A DNA stretch of 64,000 nt from an uncultured Gemmatimonadales bacterium (GTDB lineage Bacteria > Gemmatimonadota > Gemmatimonadetes > Gemmatimonadales > GWC2-71-9), in the NCBI GenBank assembly GCA_963730185.1, contig CAVSQW010000008.1:192001-256000 (forward strand). The letters are read 5' to 3'. The notes below the pieces were generated by a model. That model saw only the letters and a list, made by a program, of their open reading frames with translations. It was not told the origin of the DNA and did not search any database. How positions within the stretch are numbered: position 1 is the first letter of the stretch; each line of letters begins with the position of its first letter. Shown here in pieces: positions 58,381 to 64,000 of the stretch. Both the position numbers and the translations under genes were made by a program.

Positions 58381-59858
58381 CCCGCGCGGTAGTCGCGGGT
58401 CAGATATCGGTTGGCTTCGGGAACATTGGTGATCCGCATGGCGGGCCCGTCGTAGAGCAGCTTGACGCCCTGGCCGGCGCGGAGTGCCACGATGCCGAGC
58501 AGCATCACCTCGGTGAGCCGCGCGGCGTACGAGAAGGGCGAGGTCGGGGCCCCCTGGCTCCGGCAGGCGTTGGCCCAGTTCAGCTCGTGCGAGGTAGCGA
58601 TCCGCGGCATGGTCTTGGGCACCGCGCGGGTGGCGTCCATCAAGCGCTCCGGATACACGCGGGGGTTGGCCCCGTACGTCTCGTGGATCAGCACCCCGTC
58701 GTCGCCGACGAAGAGGACCCCCCCCTCGCGGCTCATCGCGACCCCGTCGGGCAACGCCGCCGGCCTCTGAGGCATCAAACCTCCATCGTACCAGGTCAGG
58801 CTGACCGGTGGAGCGGAGCCTCGGGCGGGAAACTCGTAGTGCGCCGTCATGGCGAGCGGGTAGGAAACCGGATCATGCTCGGTGCCGCCCCACGGCGTGG
58901 AGGTCGCCTCGACGCTGACCGGGAGGCCCAGGTCCAAAGCCCAGAACGGGTGGTCGACCAAGTGGGCGCCCATGTCGCCCAGGGCGCTCACGCCGAAGTC
59001 CAGCCACCCGCGCCACCGGAAGGGGTGGTAGATCGGGTGGTAGGCGATGTCCGTCGGTACCGGCCCGAGGTAGAGCGGCCAATTGAGCGTCGACGGGATC
59101 GGGAAGTCCCCGGCGAGCGCGCCGCCGACGATGGCGTTCATGGCCCATTGGCCCCACCAGTCCAGCTTGTCGATGCCGGGGAAGTCGGCGGGCGCGGGCG
59201 CGGGGCGGGGAATGCCCTGGGGCCAGATCGGCCGGTTGGTCCAGACGTGAACCTCCCGCACCGGGCCGATCACGCCGGCGGCGATCCACTCGTTGATGAG
59301 CCGGGCATCGTCGCTCGAGTGCCCTTGGTTGCCCATCTGGGTCACCACGCCGGTTCGCTGCGCGGTGTCGGCCAGGACCCGAGCCTCGTGGACCGAATGG
59401 GTCAAGGGCTTCTGGCAGTAGACGTGCTTGCCGGCCTCCATCGCCGCCTTGGCGATCACGGCATGGAGGTGGTCCGGGGTGGCGATCAGGACGGCGTCGA
59501 GATCTCGCTGCCGGGCGAACAGCTCCCGGAAATCGGCGTAGCGGGTGGCCCGCCGGTAGGCGTCGCCGAGCGCCGCGGCGTTGGGGCCGGGCTTGCCGTT
59601 GGCGGGCTTGAGTTGGGAGGCCAGCGAGCGGTCGACGTAGCCGAAGTCGACGTCACAGAGGGCCACGATGTTCTCGCTCAGCAGCTGCTCGGCGTTGTGC
59701 ATCCCCATCCCGCCGGCACCGATGATCGCCACGTTGAGGCGGTCGCTCGGGGCGCGGTAGCCGCGGCCGAGGACGTGGCGGGGGACGATCAGGGCACCGG
59801 CGGCGAGACGGGAGACGTCGGACACGAATTCACGGCGGCTACGCGGTCGGGCGGCCAT
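58368..59858 (-). CDS. Tat-exported Gfo/Idh/MocA oxidoreductase
   Basis: SRREFV Tat motif, IGAGGMG, ATPDHLH, CQKP, QMGNQG and GDMGAH. Confidence 0.9.
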   Translation of the reverse strand: MAARPRSRREFVSDVSRLAAGALIVPRHVLGRGYRAPSDRLNVAIIGAGGMGMHNAEQLLSENIVALCDVDFGYVDRSLASQLKPANGKPGPNAAALGDAYRRATRYADFRELFARQRDLDAVLIATPDHLHAVIAKAAMEAGKHVYCQKPLTHSVHEARVLADTAQRTGVVTQMGNQGHSSDDARLINEWIAAGVIGPVREVHVWTNRPIWPQGIPRPAPAPADFPGIDKLDWWGQWAMNAIVGGALAGDFPIPSTLNWPLYLGPVPTDIAYHPIYHPFRWRGWLDFGVSALGDMGAHLVDHPFWALDLGLPVSVEATSTPWGGTEHDPVSYPLAMTAHYEFPARGSAPPVSLTWYDGGLMPQRPAALPDGVAMSREGGVLFVGDDGVLIHETYGANPRVYPERLMDATRAVPKTMPRIATSHELNWANACRSQGAPTSPFSYAARLTEVMLLGIVALRAGQGVKLLYDGPAMRITNVPEANRYLTRDYRAGWSV

Positions 59859-59887
59859 GGTTAAGATCCGGGCAAAAGGAGAGATGG

Positions 59888-61090
59888 ATGAATATATCGC
59901 GTTCGGCGGTCGTGCCTTTGATCGCGGCCGCGCTCGCCGGGCCGGTCCGGGGCCAGGCACCCGCCCCCCGGACCAGGGTGGTCATTCTGGGGGTGTCGCA
60001 CTCGGCCCAGCTGGTGGCAGAGTCGTACCAGCCGGCCGTGTTCCGGGCCTTCTTCGACCGGCTCCGCCCGGACGGCGTGACGGTGGAGCGCCCGCCCGAG
60101 CAATTCGCCCGCGGCGACCAGTACGAGTTCACCTATGAAATCCAATCGATCGTGCTGCCCTATGCCCGGGCGCATCACCTCCCGGTCTTTCCGGTGGACT
60201 GGATGCCGCCCCTCGACGATCAGCTCCTGGGTTGGGGGATCGATCTCGACCGCCCGCCGGTGACCCGGCCGCGGTCGGGCTTCCAGGGGTTTCTGGTCTT
60301 TTCCGATAGCGGCACCCGCCATCTCGACCTCTTCTTCGCCGACGGCGAGGCGGATCGGGCTCGGAACCGGGCCTGGTACCAGCAAGCGGCGCCGCCGGCG
60401 CCGCGCGACCTGGCCCGCCGGCTGTTCCTCTATCGGACCTTCATGCAGGCCCGGCGGATCCAGCACGCCGCCCGCCGCCTGGGCGGGGGAACCCTGCTGG
60501 TGGTGATCGGGTCGATGCACAAGGACGAGCTGGAGCGGATCCTCGCGGCCGACTCGACCCTTGCGATCGTCCAGCCCTCCAGCATCGGCGCTCCGGATTC
60601 GGCGGCGGTGGGTGCCCGGACGACCGCCGCCGATCGCCTCGCGATCGCCACCTTCAACCTGCTCGGGCTTCAGAGCACGGATGGCGGCTTCGATCGCGCC
60701 TGGCTCGCCCGGGTGATGGCGTCGATCGAGGCCGGCCCGTCCACGCCCGAGACCCGGCTCCTCGAGACCCGCTGGGAGCGACTGGAAAACCGGATCTCCC
60801 CGATCGAGGCGGCGCTTCGATACGCGGCGATCGGCCGGGAGGCTCCCGAGCGCCTTCGCTTCACGTGGGACGGCGTGAAGGACCGGAACCGGATCGACTC
60901 CTACGTCGATCCCTTCGGCAATCTGGACGTCGCCCGGCGGGCTTGGCTCGAGGCGGCTCGGGAGTATCTGGCGGCCGGTCGCTCGGCCGACGCGGCCAGC
61001 TGCCGCCGCCGAGTCGAGGAAGGCCTGCCGGCCGGCCAGCTTGCCCAACTCGAGGCCTACTGGCGGGAGTACCTGACGCCCGGCCGCTGA
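59888..61090 (+). CDS. Secreted hypothetical protein, possible TraB/EreA/ChaN-like fold
   Basis: Signal peptide; [27 protein letters not shown] pattern. Confidence 0.55.
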   Translation: MNISRSAVVPLIAAALAGPVRGQAPAPRTRVVILGVSHSAQLVAESYQPAVFRAFFDRLRPDGVTVERPPEQFARGDQYEFTYEIQSIVLPYARAHHLPVFPVDWMPPLDDQLLGWGIDLDRPPVTRPRSGFQGFLVFSDSGTRHLDLFFADGEADRARNRAWYQQAAPPAPRDLARRLFLYRTFMQARRIQHAARRLGGGTLLVVIGSMHKDELERILAADSTLAIVQPSSIGAPDSAAVGARTTAADRLAIATFNLLGLQSTDGGFDRAWLARVMASIEAGPSTPETRLLETRWERLENRISPIEAALRYAAIGREAPERLRFTWDGVKDRNRIDSYVDPFGNLDVARRAWLEAAREYLAAGRSADAASCRRRVEEGLPAGQLAQLEAYWREYLTPGR

Positions 61091-61171
61091 GCCGGGACCC
61101 GAGGCGCGTAGCCGTCGGGCTCGCGACCGGCTAGGTTGGTGGACTCCCGACCCGGCCCAACGCCTCGATCA

Positions 61172-62413
61172 ATGGCATCCAAGCGCGAACCCGCCCTTGG
61201 CTTCATCCTGGTGACGTTGCTGATCGACGTCATCGGCCTGGGCATCATCATCCCCGTCATGCCCAAGCTCATCACCCATCTGACCGGTGGAACGATGAGC
61301 GACGCCGCGCGATGGGGCGGGTGGATGACGTTCTCCTACGCGGCGATGCAGTTCGCCTGCGCCCCGATCGTTGGCGGGCTGAGCGACCGGTTCGGGCGGC
61401 GCCCGATCGTGCTCGCGTCGCTCTTCGGGTTCGGGCTCGACTACGTATTCATGGCGGTTGCCCCGACGATCTGGTGGCTCTTCCTGAGCCGGGTGATCGC
61501 CGGGGTCATGGGTGCCAGCTTCACCACCGGGGCGGCCTACATCGCCGACGTCTCGCCACCGGAGCGGCGGGCCCAGAACTTCGGCCTGATCGGCGCGGCG
61601 TTCGGAGTGGGCTTCATTCTTGGCCCGCTGATCGGCGGCGTGCTCGGGGCGTACGGGGCCCGGGTGCCCTTCATCGCGGCGGCGGTGCTGACCCTGGTCA
61701 ACTGGCTCTACGGCTACTTCGTGCTGCCCGAGTCGCTCAAGCCCGAGCACCGGCGTCCGTTCGAGTGGCGCCGCGCCAATCCGATCGGGGCCTTGGGGAC
61801 GATCCGGCGGCATCCGGTCATCCTCGGGATGGTCTGGTCGCTCGTCCTCCTCCAGATCGCGGCGCATGCCGTCCAGAGCAACTGGTCGTACTACACCATG
61901 GAGAAGTTCCTGTGGGACGAGCGGATGGTTGGCGTTTCGCTGGCGGTGATCGGGCTCGTCGCCGGGGTGGTGCAGGGCGGGCTGGTGCGCGCTATCATTC
62001 CCTGGCTGGGCCAGGCGCGGACGGTCTACGTGGGGCTGGGTCTCTACAGCCTGGGGCAGCTCCTCTTTGCCGTCGCCACCAAGACCTGGATGGTGTTCGC
62101 GATCACGATCGTCTACTGCCTGGGCGGGATCGCGGGTCCGGCGCTCCAGGGGATCATCTCCACCCAGGTGCCACCCAACGAGCAGGGGGAGCTGCAAGGG
62201 GCGCTGACCAGTCTGATCAGTCTCACGTCCATCGTCGGACCGCCGCTCATGACCAACACCTTCGCCTGGTTCACCGGACCGCGGGCGCCAATCTATTTCC
62301 CCGGCGCCGCGCTTCTCCTCGGTGGGATTCTCACCTCGATCAGCGCGTTCATGGCGCGGAGCAGCCTGAAGCGGACCGTGCCCCCCGCGCTGGCGCCGGT
62401 CGGGCCCGCATGA
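61172..62413 (+). CDS. MFS efflux pump, TetA/DHA1-like
   Basis: [14 protein letters not shown], motif [12 protein letters not shown], and motif [11 protein letters not shown]. Confidence 0.92.
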   Translation: MASKREPALGFILVTLLIDVIGLGIIIPVMPKLITHLTGGTMSDAARWGGWMTFSYAAMQFACAPIVGGLSDRFGRRPIVLASLFGFGLDYVFMAVAPTIWWLFLSRVIAGVMGASFTTGAAYIADVSPPERRAQNFGLIGAAFGVGFILGPLIGGVLGAYGARVPFIAAAVLTLVNWLYGYFVLPESLKPEHRRPFEWRRANPIGALGTIRRHPVILGMVWSLVLLQIAAHAVQSNWSYYTMEKFLWDERMVGVSLAVIGLVAGVVQGGLVRAIIPWLGQARTVYVGLGLYSLGQLLFAVATKTWMVFAITIVYCLGGIAGPALQGIISTQVPPNEQGELQGALTSLISLTSIVGPPLMTNTFAWFTGPRAPIYFPGAALLLGGILTSISAFMARSSLKRTVPPALAPVGPA

Positions 62414-63819
62414 GCCGGCGCCCGTTCGACGCGCTCGCGGCCAGCCTCGCCCTGGTCAGCGCCGGGGCCGGACCGGTCGCGGCCCAGAGCCCGGCCGCTC
62501 GGGTCGATGCGATCGCCGCCCCGTACGCGGGCGCGCGCCCTGGTTTCGGCGTGTTGGTGGTGCGGCGCGACTCGGTGCTGCTCGAGCGGGGCTACGGGCT
62601 GGCCAACGTCCAGCGGTCCGAGCCCATCACGCCCCACACCCGCTTCCTGCTCGGCTCGGTCTCGAAGCAGTTCACCGCCATGGCGGTCATGATCCTGGCC
62701 GATCGCTCCGAGCTCGGCTACGACGACCCCATCGCCAAGTACCTGCCCGAGTTCACCGGCCGGGCCGGCCGGATCACCGTGCGGCAGCTGCTCCATCACC
62801 AGGGCGGCCTGCCCGAATACGAGCAGCTGTTCGTGGACCGGGGGCTTGTGGACCGGGATTGGCCCCGGTCGGTCACCACTCCGCCGAGCCGGTTCGAGCC
62901 CACCGCCCGCGACGCGCTGGCATTGCTGGCCGACACCGATTCCCTGGAGTTCGCGCCCGGCACCCGGTTCGCGTACAGCAACTCGGGCTACATGGTGCTC
63001 GCCCAGATCGTCGAGCGGGTCTCGGGTCAACGGTTCGCCGAGTTTCTCCACGACAACGTCTTCGAGCCGCTCGGGATGCGGGAGACGGTGCTCTACGACG
63101 AACGCCGCCCCTCGATTCCGAACCGGGCGTCGAGCTACACCCACGCCGACGGCACCTTCCGGGAGATCGACTACACGCCGTTCAACGCCATCTACGGCGA
63201 AGACAACGTCGTCACTCCGCTCCACGATCTGGTCCAGTGGATCCGGACGCTCGATCATCCGACCCTGGTCCGGCCGGCCACGCAGGCGCTGGCCTTCACC
63301 CCCGGCACCCTGGCCGACGGCGACTCCACCAGCTACGGCTTCGGGTGGTTCGTGGGCGCCGCGCTCGGGGAGCGGCTGATTCTCCACGGCGGCTCGTGGG
63401 TTGGCTTTCGAACGGCCATCGTCCGGTTTCCGGCGGAGACGCTCACCGTCGTGGTGCTCGCCAACGCGGGCGAGACCGATTCCGAGATCCTCGCCGTCCG
63501 AATCGGCCAGGCGTGGCTGGGCGACCGGGCCCCGCTGCCGGTCGCGCGGGCGGTGAGCTCGGCCGTGCTCCGGCGGGCGGAAGGCCGTTACGAGATCCGG
63601 CCCGGGCTGGTCGCGACCCTCGCGGTGTCGGGCGGCCGGCTGGTGTTGGATGCGCCCCGGCTCGGCACCGAGCCCCTCGGCTTCGATTCGGACTCCACCG
63701 CGTTCTTCGCGGGAGACGGCCTGGTGCGGGTGCTCTTCCATGGCGGCCCGGGGCCCTGGCGGGACCTCGAGATCGTTCGCCCGAGCGGCCGGTTCGCCGC
63801 CCGGCGCGTGGACCGGTAG
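62410..63819 (+). CDS. Secreted serine hydrolase, beta-lactamase family
   Basis: ATGA overlap with the MFS gene; SVSK, YSN and HGG motifs. Confidence 0.9.
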   Translation: MSRRPFDALAASLALVSAGAGPVAAQSPAARVDAIAAPYAGARPGFGVLVVRRDSVLLERGYGLANVQRSEPITPHTRFLLGSVSKQFTAMAVMILADRSELGYDDPIAKYLPEFTGRAGRITVRQLLHHQGGLPEYEQLFVDRGLVDRDWPRSVTTPPSRFEPTARDALALLADTDSLEFAPGTRFAYSNSGYMVLAQIVERVSGQRFAEFLHDNVFEPLGMRETVLYDERRPSIPNRASSYTHADGTFREIDYTPFNAIYGEDNVVTPLHDLVQWIRTLDHPTLVRPATQALAFTPGTLADGDSTSYGFGWFVGAALGERLILHGGSWVGFRTAIVRFPAETLTVVVLANAGETDSEILAVRIGQAWLGDRAPLPVARAVSSAVLRRAEGRYEIRPGLVATLAVSGGRLVLDAPRLGTEPLGFDSDSTAFFAGDGLVRVLFHGGPGPWRDLEIVRPSGRFAARRVDR

Positions 63820-63952
63820 CCCGTTCCGGCCTCTCCGGAGCGGCTTCGAGCCGGGCCTTGGTGAACGCCCGCCGGCGCCTTGCCGCCGCGGCCCCCGGAC
63901 CCGATCTTCCCGCTGGCATTCCGCACCCAACTCCGCCGTTGGAGCTACCCAT

Positions 63953-64000
63953 ATGTCGAGACCGCTCGCCTCGGTGCTGCTGGCGACCGCCGCGCTGGCC
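63953..64000 (+). CDS. Start of an exported protein (partial)
   Basis: GGAG upstream; MSRPLASVLLATAALA is signal-peptide-like. Confidence 0.45.
   Translation, partial: MSRPLASVLLATAALA

Noticed and set aside
61172..62413. Calling the MFS pump tetA, or the serine hydrolases true beta-lactamases
   Set aside because: Family motifs do not establish substrate, and there is no tetR or mobile context.

Overview
High-GC (roughly 70% by eye) bacterial chromosomal segment. The gene repertoire suggests a Gemmatimonadota-like soil bacterium (inference). No rRNA, tRNA or CRISPR array was seen. Layout: (1) 1-16 kb is a stress/osmo cluster: phosphoketolase end, NhaP antiporter, SOD-like lipoprotein, NarL regulator, XRE regulator, giant cyclic beta-1,2-glucan synthase, AI-2E protein, CsbD and a PAS-GGDEF. 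A shared non-coding motif lies upstream of two of its genes. (2) 17-19.5 kb is a cold-shock/translation locus (DEAD-box helicase, rpsU, csp with a terminator-containing leader). (3) An LVIVD propeller / multicopper oxidase operon follows. (4) 23-33 kb is a signalling island of kinases, receivers, a CheB-CheR-PAS-HK-REC fusion and tandem REC-GGDEF paralogues, ending at a complete IS481-family element with a 6-bp TSD. (5) Hydrolases, pirin and a class A PBP. (6) The best candidate for an undescribed system: a zinc-less anti-sigma-like membrane protein, a lipoprotein-signal TPR-CHAT caspase-like protease and an unknown 245-aa protein, with ECF-type promoter motifs and an orphan atypical sigma factor 10 kb away. 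(7) Di-haem peroxidase, an HTH-AP2 protein, a long coiled-coil protein, an atypical Rho, a Gfo/Idh/MocA + DUF1080 pair, an MFS pump and a beta-lactamase-family protein. Eight single-base frameshifts in six otherwise intact genes are most likely long-read indel errors.
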